DNA of 25,409 bases from a virus. Taxonomy: Duplodnaviria > Caudoviricetes. A model generated the notes under the pieces. It saw only the letters and a program-made list of their open reading frames with translations. It had not been told where the DNA came from and searched no databases. The DNA is taken from positions 1 through 25,409 of IMG/VR virus record IMGVR_UViG_3300047561_000262; one strand, 5' to 3'. Of the stretch, positions 1 through 7,042 are shown one piece after another. Each line of letters begins with the position of its first letter. Positions within the stretch are counted from its first letter, which is position 1. The position numbers and the translations under genes were made by a program.

Positions 1-44
1 ATTTGTAGGTGTTTTCCCTAATATGTTGTTTTTTTGTCAGGATT

Positions 45-300
45 GCAAGATTCAAGGGCATAGCTATCCCTACTATGAGGAATAGCTTGTCAGTCTTGCT
101 TAGTTCTGAGGTGTATATATTGCTTCGATGTCTTTGTCGTGCCTAGGTCTGTCTTTATCACATCATCGGTCTATCCGTACAGTACGGTTCTTTTCTCTAT
201 CCAAGCAATAACGGGTAGGAAAGGGTGCATTAGCACCTAGTAGTTTCTAGGGGTATTTACAGCCTTTACCGTAGCAACACCAATGAGTACGGGCTAGGCA
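45..300 (-). ncRNA. candidate structured non-coding element (RNA or ssDNA origin)
   Basis: No ORF in the track. Nested inverted repeats: 140-146/294-300, 175-180/287-292, hairpin 224-237, 10-bp hairpin 62-87 (needs a G-U pair, so favours the minus strand), 45-50/94-99. Confidence 0.35.
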
Positions 301-310
301 GAAATAGAAA

Positions 311-425
311 AACCCCTTAAGGTAGCTCTAAGTTGATCCCACTTGCTAAAAGATTCCACAACTTTTAGTAAATGCTCAAAGCTACCCTAAAGGGTCTATT
401 GGATTTTGTACAAAACAGGGATCAA
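311..425 (-). ncRNA. C4-antisense-like structured RNA / attenuator
   Basis: Minus-strand 396->375 pairs with 332->311 over 22/22 positions including 5 G-U pairs. Inner stem 374->362 / 352->340 with loop UUGUGGAAU. GGGAUCAA (340->333) is complementary to upstream UUGAUCCC (425->418). U-rich tail follows. Confidence 0.55.
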
Positions 426-435
426 TCTGCCTCAT
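382..435 (-). CDS. putative 17-aa leader peptide MRQIDPCFVQNPIDPLG
   Basis: ATG (435-433) overlaps the TAA of the upstream gene (TAATG). TAG at 384-382 lies inside the 5' arm of the long stem. Confidence 0.3.
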   Translation of the reverse strand: MRQIDPCFVQNPIDPLG

Positions 436-995
436 TAGTATAACCCAAGTCTTTCAAAATTAAAATCCCCGTGAAAGCCAAATGTTTTAATATTAGACAG
501 TTCACGCTCAAAACTGAAATAACGGGCTATTTCTACAGGGGCAAACTTGATACCCTGATTTTCTAAATATATACGGTTTAGGTGGCAAATTTGGTCATCT
601 TCATTGTCATCAGAATAAACAAAATTAGGGCTGGCTGTTAGCTGGCAAAGCACTTTTGAGCGTAGGCTAAAGCCACCATTGCCTACCATTCTACCCATTG
701 GATGCCAAGGCCATACTGCCCCAATGTAGTCATATTCTAAAAATTGATTGTTCCAAGCGTCAGGATTAATGATGTACCCATCCCATTGCACTATTAAAAC
801 AAAGTCCGTGTGGATGTGTTTATGCAGTTCTTGAAGGATAAATTTGCTATACGCTTGGCGGCTATTGATTTGGGGATCAGTTATAAAGATTTCACCGCCA
901 AAATCAAAATATTCCTTGCACCTGTCTATTGCTTTTTTAGCCTTGTCAGGCTGTACCGAATCAATACAGCAAAGGGTAATATTATTTAACCTCAT
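435..995 (-). CDS. DUF5672-like putative glycosyltransferase
   Basis: Motifs IVQWDG, YDYIGAVW, GNGGFSLRS, NED, FGFH. Start trimmed to ATG 995, which overlaps the upstream gene end. Confidence 0.75.
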   Translation of the reverse strand: MRLNNITLCCIDSVQPDKAKKAIDRCKEYFDFGGEIFITDPQINSRQAYSKFILQELHKHIHTDFVLIVQWDGYIINPDAWNNQFLEYDYIGAVWPWHPMGRMVGNGGFSLRSKVLCQLTASPNFVYSDDNEDDQICHLNRIYLENQGIKFAPVEIARYFSFERELSNIKTFGFHGDFNFERLGLY

Positions 996-1722
996 ATTCT
1001 TCTTCTGCCATGTGGCAAAAAATCCCACATTCTATGGCTTGTTCCGTAGGGTAATCACCAGCGTCTACAGGCAGTTCTGTAAGCCAAATGCGTTCACCCT
1101 TGTGTTTAAGGATTTTAGCCCCTACCGTGCGTTCTACAGCCGCCATACGGTCAAATTGTTGGGGAAAGTCGTGGCGTATCTTATTCCAGTACCCAAGACC
1201 GCCCTTGACGCATCCAATACAGTTATTGTTTTGGTAACCAAGTTTATACATTGCTGGTAACTCTATTCCAGCCCTGTCAATCATTGCCAAACAATCAGAT
1301 TTAATAAGACCTTTTTCTATCAAAATAGACCATAGGTTTACATCGTTATTGGCATCTATAAACCTGTCTACCCGATCTTGTTCTTCTGCGGTATATCCAA
1401 ATACTTGTATATCAGTAGGTAATTCAAACGCTTTACGCATATCTTTTTTAAGGTGTACGGTGCATGGAGCACCCCCAATACCTACAATATATTTGCGTTT
1501 TTCAAACACTTCATAGATGCTACCGTTGTATTTGTCGTTTTGTATGATTTTTATGGGTTGACCAAACCATTGCTCACAATCACGCATAAACCGTAAATTG
1601 TCAGGGTGTTCTTCTTTTACATGGCAATAAACCACTTCTACAGGGGTTTTGCTTTCAGTAATAGCCAGCTTAGTAGCTACCGCACTTGCCGCACCACAAG
1701 AAAACCAGCTAATTATTCTCAT
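982..1722 (-). CDS. PAPS reductase-like / adenine nucleotide alpha-hydrolase family protein
   Basis: N-terminal PP-loop variant WFSCGAASA, EHPDN, and Cys motifs PCT, NNCIGCVKGG, ECGIFC. Confidence 0.75.
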   Translation of the reverse strand: MRIISWFSCGAASAVATKLAITESKTPVEVVYCHVKEEHPDNLRFMRDCEQWFGQPIKIIQNDKYNGSIYEVFEKRKYIVGIGGAPCTVHLKKDMRKAFELPTDIQVFGYTAEEQDRVDRFIDANNDVNLWSILIEKGLIKSDCLAMIDRAGIELPAMYKLGYQNNNCIGCVKGGLGYWNKIRHDFPQQFDRMAAVERTVGAKILKHKGERIWLTELPVDAGDYPTEQAIECGIFCHMAEEEYEVK

Positions 1723-1949
1723 TCAAGTTCAGGCCAAATTAACTTGTAATTTTTTGGAAACAAGTTTTTACGGGTAATTAGCCCATGTGATTCTTTTTCT
1801 AGGGTGGCGGCTAGAATCACCAGCTTATCGTAAGGAATGTCCCCGTTTTGCCACATAGATACGGCAGGTACGGACACATTGACTAATTTTGATACCCGTG
1901 TACAACCGCCTAAAAGACGAATCATTGCTGTTGATGATATTTTTTCCAT
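1719..1949 (-). CDS. Cro/YdaS-like HTH regulator
   Basis: 76 aa, LGG..VSKLVNVSVPAVSMW...IP HTH pattern, C-terminal IWPEL; first gene of the divergent operon. Confidence 0.8.
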   Translation of the reverse strand: MEKISSTAMIRLLGGCTRVSKLVNVSVPAVSMWQNGDIPYDKLVILAATLEKESHGLITRKNLFPKNYKLIWPELE

Positions 1950-1961
1950 AAGCTATCTTAA
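1948..1961. promoter_or_regulatory. operator site 1 (ATAAGCTATCTTAA)
   Basis: Imperfect TTAAG-N4-CTTAA palindrome overlapping the cro -10 and start codon. Confidence 0.6.
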
Positions 1962-1982
1962 CATTTTTACAACTATTTGCAA
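1955..1982 (-). promoter_or_regulatory. leftward sigma70 promoter, leaderless cro transcript
   Basis: TTGCAA (1982-1977), 16 nt, extended -10 TGtTAAGAT (hexamer 1960-1955); ATG only 5 nt later and no Shine-Dalgarno. Confidence 0.55.
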
Positions 1983-1990
1983 ATAAACTG

Positions 1991-2019
1991 TTGCTTTATG
2001 TTTTAAGTTAGCTTAATAT
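1991..2019 (+). promoter_or_regulatory. rightward sigma70 promoter with operator 2 (TTAAGTTAGCTTAA, 2003-2016)
   Basis: TTGCTT-17nt-TAATAT; short hairpin ACGGTATATGCCGT downstream, then AGGAG RBS. Confidence 0.65.
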
Positions 2020-2059
2020 CTAAGTACGGTATATGCCGTGTTAATTAGGAGAAACTCTT

Positions 2060-2275
2060 ATGAGTGAGCAAGATCAAGACTTACACAGCTTCCAACAACA
2101 TTTGGAACGCATCTTTAAAGACCTCGAGAATGGGGTATTTATTACAGAAGATGAAATAGGTGACCTACGCTATGCGTGTGGCTTGCCATCACCAATTCGC
2201 AACACCCATGTAAACCCCGTTTTGCGTGATGTTATTAACGACTTTTCAAATATTTTTGGAGCAAAAAATGATTAA
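2060..2275 (+). CDS. hypothetical protein
   Basis: 71-aa ORF with AGGAG RBS; first gene after the promoter. Confidence 0.75.
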   Translation: MSEQDQDLHSFQQHLERIFKDLENGVFITEDEIGDLRYACGLPSPIRNTHVNPVLRDVINDFSNIFGAKND

Positions 2276-2474
2276 AAATACAACAGAATTACGGTCATTT
2301 TTGCTTGACCAAATGGCGTTGGTAGCTGGTGGGCAACAAGAACCTGACAATGCAAAAGCTATTTGCAACTATGCTCAACAACTTTACAATGTCAGCAATT
2401 TGGAACTTAAATATTCTGAAAAGAAATTTAAAGACCCAGCATTTAGCATGACACCACTATCGTTTGAAAAATGA
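2268..2474 (+). CDS. hypothetical protein (68 aa)
   Basis: ATG 2268 preceded by GGAG; overlaps both neighbours. Confidence 0.65.
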   Translation: MIKNTTELRSFLLDQMALVAGGQQEPDNAKAICNYAQQLYNVSNLELKYSEKKFKDPAFSMTPLSFEK

Positions 2475-2944
2475 ACACTTTTGACGATTGGTATAAAAAC
2501 CAAAACCCCAATGACATTGTTACGCTGGTTGCAGTTCCTAGTAAAACATACAACATGGTTCAAACCCATCAAATTATTATGTATGACAGAAAAAAATACA
2601 AATTTTTTGATGGAGAGAATCCAGTTGCTTTAAGAGGGGCTTTGGAATGTAGGTTAGCCAAATACACAAATCAATCTACATATCTGCATTTGGTATGGAA
2701 ACGATACATACAAATGAAAAAAATGACCTGTGTTGATCGTCAAAGTTGGGTTGATGTTGTTTACAAACTACCTAAACCAAGAAGGCACTACCAAAGCAAT
2801 TCTATTGAATCTGCTAGGCCGTTTTGGATGGTTTATGACGATAGAGTGTTAATTAAGGGGAAATCTTACGAAATTGAAAACCCCGAAAGATTAAAGATTG
2901 TTCAAAACATATTTAACCAAGTAAAAAAAATTAAACTACCATGA
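2471..2944 (+). CDS. hypothetical protein
   Basis: 157-aa ORF, ATGA overlap with the previous gene, AT-rich. Confidence 0.65.
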   Translation: MNTFDDWYKNQNPNDIVTLVAVPSKTYNMVQTHQIIMYDRKKYKFFDGENPVALRGALECRLAKYTNQSTYLHLVWKRYIQMKKMTCVDRQSWVDVVYKLPKPRRHYQSNSIESARPFWMVYDDRVLIKGKSYEIENPERLKIVQNIFNQVKKIKLP

Positions 2945-2955
2945 AGGAATTAAAA

Positions 2956-3573
2956 ATGATTATTTCAGACAACAGTAAAGAATTTAAAATAGCCCCTGCT
3001 GGGTTGCACATGGCTCGCCTGTACTCGGTCATTGACTTAGGGCATCAAGCTACCGAATGGGCTGGTGAAACCAAAATTATGCACAAAGTTGTATTGACTT
3101 GGGAATTGCATGGTAATGACGATGCCGACCAACCATTAAAAACAGATGACGGTAAACCTTTAATCGTGTCTAAGCGTTATACAGTCAGCCTTGGGGATCA
3201 AGCTAGGTTGCGTCAAGACCTAGAAGCATGGTCTAACAAGAAAATGACCACAGAAGATCGAAAGAAGTTTGATTTGCGTAACCTGCTAGACAAATTCTGC
3301 ATGGTCAACATTACCCATTCAGAAGATGGCAAATACGCCAACATTAGCGGTATCAGCCCTGTACCGTCTGCCTTGCGTAACGCCCAGCCTAAAGGAATTA
3401 ATCCTTGCTTGCATTTTTGGTTAGCTGAGTTTGACCAAGCTATATACGATGCCCTGCCAAAGTATTACAAAGAGAAAATTGCAGAATCGTCTGAATGGCG
3501 TGGTCAAAAGGCTAGAGAAGCAGATGAGCCAAAGCAAGACAATAGCGATTTAGACGATAAAATTCCGTTTTAA
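2956..3573 (+). CDS. phage ssDNA-binding / replication protein
   Basis: PAG.H.AR...IDLG.Q and YT.SL...A.LR..LE.W motifs; acidic tail DLDDKIPF typical of SSBs; AAGGA RBS before ATG 2956. Confidence 0.7.
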   Translation: MIISDNSKEFKIAPAGLHMARLYSVIDLGHQATEWAGETKIMHKVVLTWELHGNDDADQPLKTDDGKPLIVSKRYTVSLGDQARLRQDLEAWSNKKMTTEDRKKFDLRNLLDKFCMVNITHSEDGKYANISGISPVPSALRNAQPKGINPCLHFWLAEFDQAIYDALPKYYKEKIAESSEWRGQKAREADEPKQDNSDLDDKIPF

Positions 3574-3582
3574 AAGGAAAAT

Positions 3583-3957
3583 ATGAACAACGGACAGGTT
3601 TGCGTTAAATGCAATGTTTTTAAATTGTTTGCCGAATATCACGCTAGAAAAGGTACAAAACTAGGGTATAGACGGGAATGTAAAATTTGCCGTTGTTCAC
3701 ATCAACAAAATTATCAAAAATCTGACGCTGGTAAAGCCGTTCAAGTTGCGGCTGACCAAATAAGAAATAAAAAATATCCTGAACGCAGAAAAGCTAGAAC
3801 TTATTTAAGCAGGGCTGTTGAAACTGGTTTAGTAAAACAATTGCCATGTTTTATTTGTGGCGATAAAGCTGAAGCACATCACCCTGATTATTCCGATTAT
3901 CTTTCTGTTGTTTGGCTATGCAAACCTCATCACAAACAGGCACATCAAATAAAATGA
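3583..3957 (+). CDS. zinc-finger HNH-like endonuclease
   Basis: CxxC...CKIC at the N-terminus; CFICG...EAHHPDY....V.WLC..HH...H at the C-terminus. Confidence 0.75.
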   Translation: MNNGQVCVKCNVFKLFAEYHARKGTKLGYRRECKICRCSHQQNYQKSDAGKAVQVAADQIRNKKYPERRKARTYLSRAVETGLVKQLPCFICGDKAEAHHPDYSDYLSVVWLCKPHHKQAHQIK

Positions 3958-4715
3958 TTATTCAGGAGAAAACACATGGTTCACAACATTGGTACACCAA
4001 GCAAGGCACTCCAGCCTATACAACCATCGGCAAAACTGGCGAGCGACCAACAACGCTTCGGGACGCACGAAAAGACGGACTTTTGCCAAGTGTTACGACA
4101 ATTAACGGACAGCTATCAAAAGCAGGGCTTGATACATGGAAACAGCAACAAGTCCTCTTAGCCGCACTTACCCTTCCTAGAGCAGATGGTGAGGAAGAAC
4201 AGGAGTGGCTAAAGCGTGTCATGCAAGATAGTCGGGCCACGGGCAGGGAAGCGGCAGAGCGTGGTACTGCGATTCACGCCATCATTGAGGGCTATTTTGA
4301 GCAGATGTATTTGCCTGAAAAACCAGCTTACCTTGATGCGATTGATAGTACGCTTAAAAGTGCGTTTGGAAGCCAGCCGTGGCTTGCAGAGAAGTCTTTT
4401 GGGCATCATCTAGGGTACGGTGGCAAATGCGATTTGATGGCTAAACCGATCAACGGGCAGGGTACTGGGTTCATAGTTGACTTCAAAACAAAAGATACTG
4501 ACCTTGATAAAGTTGATGTATATTTTGAACATGAAATGCAGTTAGCGGCTTATCGTGAAGGACTAGGCTTGCCTACTGCTCGCTGTGCCATCGTATTTGT
4601 CAATGGAACGACTAATCAAGTAAAATTGATTGAAATAGAAGAACCCCAGCTTCAAAAGAGTTGGGAGTGCTTTCAACATTTGTTAAGGGTCTATCAGATC
4701 AAGAACAATCTTTAA
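3954..4715 (+). CDS. PD-(D/E)XK exonuclease
   Basis: PSVTTI, RGTAIH, E...GGKCDL, VDFKT, QLAAY motifs; ATGA-coupled start at 3954. Confidence 0.85.
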   Translation: MIIQEKTHGSQHWYTKQGTPAYTTIGKTGERPTTLRDARKDGLLPSVTTINGQLSKAGLDTWKQQQVLLAALTLPRADGEEEQEWLKRVMQDSRATGREAAERGTAIHAIIEGYFEQMYLPEKPAYLDAIDSTLKSAFGSQPWLAEKSFGHHLGYGGKCDLMAKPINGQGTGFIVDFKTKDTDLDKVDVYFEHEMQLAAYREGLGLPTARCAIVFVNGTTNQVKLIEIEEPQLQKSWECFQHLLRVYQIKNNL

Positions 4716-4812
4716 TTCCTTCACGGGAACGGGGGAAACGCAAGGAGTACCCCAACTTATTTAAGGTCTGTGCATTTTCAGCCAGTTAAAGGTTTGCAAA
4801 CCGCCTATTTTT

Positions 4813-4900
4813 AGGGCGTTAAGCCGCCATAGTAGGATGCAGTAAGTTAGGGTTTTTGCGGCTTTCCACCTAACAGTTAGTAACTGCCAAATACTGCCTT
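4813..4900 (+). ncRNA. candidate pseudoknotted structured RNA
   Basis: Stems GCAGT 4839-43 / ACTGC 4883-87 and GTTAGG 4846-51 / CCTAAC 4869-74; loop GCGGCTT 4858-64 complementary to AAGCCGC 4821-27. Confidence 0.45.
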
Positions 4901-4941
4901 GTTGTATTTTTGCATATAAAAGTTTTCCTTAGATAAATATG

Positions 4942-4971
4942 TTGACAGGGTTAAGCTGACTTAACTACACT
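4942..4971 (+). promoter_or_regulatory. sigma70 promoter with operator 3 (TTAAGCTGACTTAA, 4951-4964)
   Basis: TTGACA-18nt-TACACT; hairpin ACTCG..CGAGT follows, then AAGGA RBS. Confidence 0.7.
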
Positions 4972-5012
4972 AGCATTACTCGATTGGCGAGTGAAATAGA
5001 AAAGGATAAAAA

Positions 5013-5240
5013 ATGAGCAATAACTATTTATTTTCGATGTATGTTGGTGATACCTACTTAGATGTTTACGGGTATATAGATAAAGACGAACCTAGCGTTG
5101 GTCATGTAGGCGGCATTGAAATAGAAGATGTCTGCACCTGCGACACTAAAACAAGCGTATGGGAAATGATCCACGCACTCAACTTTGATAAATTTAACGA
5201 ACAGGCTCAAATGGCTTGGTCAGAACGGAACGACAAATGA
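5013..5240 (+). CDS. hypothetical acidic protein
   Basis: 75-aa ORF with RBS directly after the promoter. Confidence 0.7.
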   Translation: MSNNYLFSMYVGDTYLDVYGYIDKDEPSVGHVGGIEIEDVCTCDTKTSVWEMIHALNFDKFNEQAQMAWSERNDK

Positions 5241-5488
5241 AATACTTACTACTACTTACCCCTTTTGTATTGGCCGCTTGTAGTTCTTTTGACCCACCCA
5301 ATGTCAGCTTAGAAACTGATAAACAGGCTTTTCACATGAGCCGTGCTCAAGTCATACTAGGTATTACCGAATGTGAAGAAGCTGGTACACGCCCCGTAGT
5401 TATTACGGCAAAGCGTAGGATTAACGGCATTATGAGTGATGTACCTGTAGAAGTTACCTGCAACCCACGCTATAAAATATTTCACTAG
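5237..5488 (+). CDS. lipoprotein
   Basis: MKYLLLLTPFVLAAC signal peptide and lipobox; two further Cys; ATGA overlap. Confidence 0.75.
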   Translation: MKYLLLLTPFVLAACSSFDPPNVSLETDKQAFHMSRAQVILGITECEEAGTRPVVITAKRRINGIMSDVPVEVTCNPRYKIFH

Positions 5489-5497
5489 GAGATAGAC

Positions 5498-5590
5498 ATG
5501 AAAGAGTTTATTCAAGGCGGTTTAGTAGCTATTTTGATCTGCGTCATTGTGTTTGGTACTAACTATTTAATGCACGGGTATGTGATTTGA
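5498..5590 (+). CDS. 30-aa single-TM membrane peptide (not in ORF track)
   Basis: MKEFIQGGLVAILICVIVFGTNYLMHGYVI; AGGAG RBS; stop overlaps the TTG of the next gene. Confidence 0.65.
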   Translation: MKEFIQGGLVAILICVIVFGTNYLMHGYVI

Positions 5591-6054
5591 GGGTTGATTT
5601 GTCCAAGCATGAGTTATTCCTATGCGAGTATTTCGGTACTATGCGTAGGAAAAACGCCATGCAGTTTAATTTTGATAGGCAAGTTAGTCAGCAAGACCCA
5701 TACGAAATGGATATAGACGGGTTTAAGGGTGAGTATTTGGTGGCCAAGTATTTAAACTTAATGCCCGACTTTTCCATCAATCAGAAGAAAAACCCTGCCG
5801 ATCTCAAGACCGCTGGTGGTAGAACTATTGATGTTAAATCTACCCGTAATAAAAAGGGTGATGTTTATGTCACCGAATACCACCGCAAAAGTCCTTGTGA
5901 CTTTTATATCCTGATCGTTTTAGACGATGCTGGGGGCGATATTGTGGGTTGGGTAGATAAGGATGAGTTATTTCAATTTGCCACGCTTATGGGCGGTTCT
6001 CACCCTGCCTACAAGTATGACCGTAACCGACTTAATCCTATAAGCCAGTTTTAA
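5587..6054 (+). CDS. putative PD-(D/E)XK-fold nuclease
   Basis: G..GE...AKYL, ADL, IDVKST, DFYIL, IVGW motifs. Confidence 0.6.
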   Translation: MRVDLSKHELFLCEYFGTMRRKNAMQFNFDRQVSQQDPYEMDIDGFKGEYLVAKYLNLMPDFSINQKKNPADLKTAGGRTIDVKSTRNKKGDVYVTEYHRKSPCDFYILIVLDDAGGDIVGWVDKDELFQFATLMGGSHPAYKYDRNRLNPISQF

Positions 6055-6470
6055 GCTATCTCTTTACCTTCTTTAAGGTCGGTCAGGGTTAACCCACCCG
6101 TGTACTGAAAATGGGCTAGTTCTTTAAATGTACGCCAGCGACCTGCCCACTCTAATCCTGCTTGTTCACCTAGTTTACCGATTTGATCCCATACAGGGTG
6201 TAGACCATCCCAATTAGGTTTGCCGTTGACCATAGGTACGACATCAACAGCACAACGCCAGTTATGCCAAGAATCACCTGCTTTAGCATTGGTAACCACC
6301 TTTCCAGCCGTAGTCCTACCTTGTTCGTATAAAGCCTGTTGGGATTCATTGTCACGGTATGTAGAAGTCACTAGCAGGTCTATGCCCTCATCCTTGCACA
6401 GACTAAGGAAGTGCTCTACACGCTCCTTTGCAGGTGCTATAAGGTCATCTAGGGATCGGCTGTTTATCAT
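6051..6470 (-). CDS. endolysin, M15 family (L-Ala-D-Glu peptidase-like)
   Basis: YR....Q..LY.QGRT, VTNA..G.SWHN...AVD, W.G.W, E..HFQ. Confidence 0.9.
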   Translation of the reverse strand: MINSRSLDDLIAPAKERVEHFLSLCKDEGIDLLVTSTYRDNESQQALYEQGRTTAGKVVTNAKAGDSWHNWRCAVDVVPMVNGKPNWDGLHPVWDQIGKLGEQAGLEWAGRWRTFKELAHFQYTGGLTLTDLKEGKEIA

Positions 6471-6835
6471 TTTTTTAGGTTAGCCATAATGCGTGTGCCG
6501 AATAAGAAACCAAAGGCAATGTTAGCGGCTTCTATACCAATTCTTTGAATTTCAGGGGTAACCGATAAAAACAATGTACCAATACCTACGCCAATGACAA
6601 ACAATGCCCCTAAATAGCGACTAGATGCCCTCAGATCAATTACCCATTGGCTAGGTGTACCGTAGGGGTTGTCTAACTGTGCAATGGCTTGTAGCTTGTT
6701 TATTTCGTTTTGGTCTAACTTAATCTGCTCATCTACAGAAATAGGTTTTACACCGCCAGTAACCATCCCAATTAGGCTTTTAATTCCGTCAATTCCTACG
6801 GGGACTAAAGCACCAATAATGGTTTCTAGGATCAT
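6467..6835 (-). CDS. putative holin (three hydrophobic segments)
   Basis: N-terminal and two C-terminal hydrophobic segments, FGFLFGTR with basic tail; adjacent to the endolysin. Confidence 0.6.
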   Translation of the reverse strand: MILETIIGALVPVGIDGIKSLIGMVTGGVKPISVDEQIKLDQNEINKLQAIAQLDNPYGTPSQWVIDLRASSRYLGALFVIGVGIGTLFLSVTPEIQRIGIEAANIAFGFLFGTRIMANLKK

Positions 6836-7041
6836 TTACTTGTGAAGTAGTGTGAAATAAAACCAATAAAGGTAGATAGGGCAGATACAACCATCATTCC
6901 TACCCAAAACCCACCCCGACCCTTGTTAGCTAAAGCAAGCAATTCTTCCATACCTTCTTCTAATTTATCAACTTTAGAAGTCAGTTGGTCAACCTTTTCC
7001 CAAAGTTGGCCGTATTTAACTGGGTCGATTTCAAAAGACAT
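6832..7041 (-). CDS. small coiled-coil plus C-terminal TM protein (XhlA-like / holin-associated)
   Basis: Heptad region followed by a TM helix; in the lysis cassette. Confidence 0.6.
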   Translation of the reverse strand: MSFEIDPVKYGQLWEKVDQLTSKVDKLEEGMEELLALANKGRGGFWVGMMVVSALSTFIGFISHYFTSK

Positions 7042-7042
7042 A

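Noticed and set aside
844-1260. 138-aa plus-strand ORF and other antisense ORFs (e.g. 6220-6483, 8718-9068, 23026-23364, 24163-24711)
   Set aside because: Shadows of well-supported minus-strand genes; no RBS or recognisable motifs.
3954-4715. Cas4 / CRISPR-associated function
   Set aside because: No Fe-S cysteine pattern, no array and no other cas genes; ordinary phage exonuclease.
4716-4900. tRNA gene
   Set aside because: No cloverleaf, T-loop GTTC or acceptor stem could be built.
5237-5488. Lipoprotein as o-spanin
   Set aside because: Opposite strand to the lysis genes, under an early-type promoter, not Pro-rich and with no i-spanin partner.
3194-6190. Extra GGGATCAA/TTGATCCC copies at 3194-3201 and 6183-6190 as antisense targets
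   Set aside because: In the respective mRNAs they read the same sense as the bulge, so cannot pair with it; 8-mers can recur by chance.
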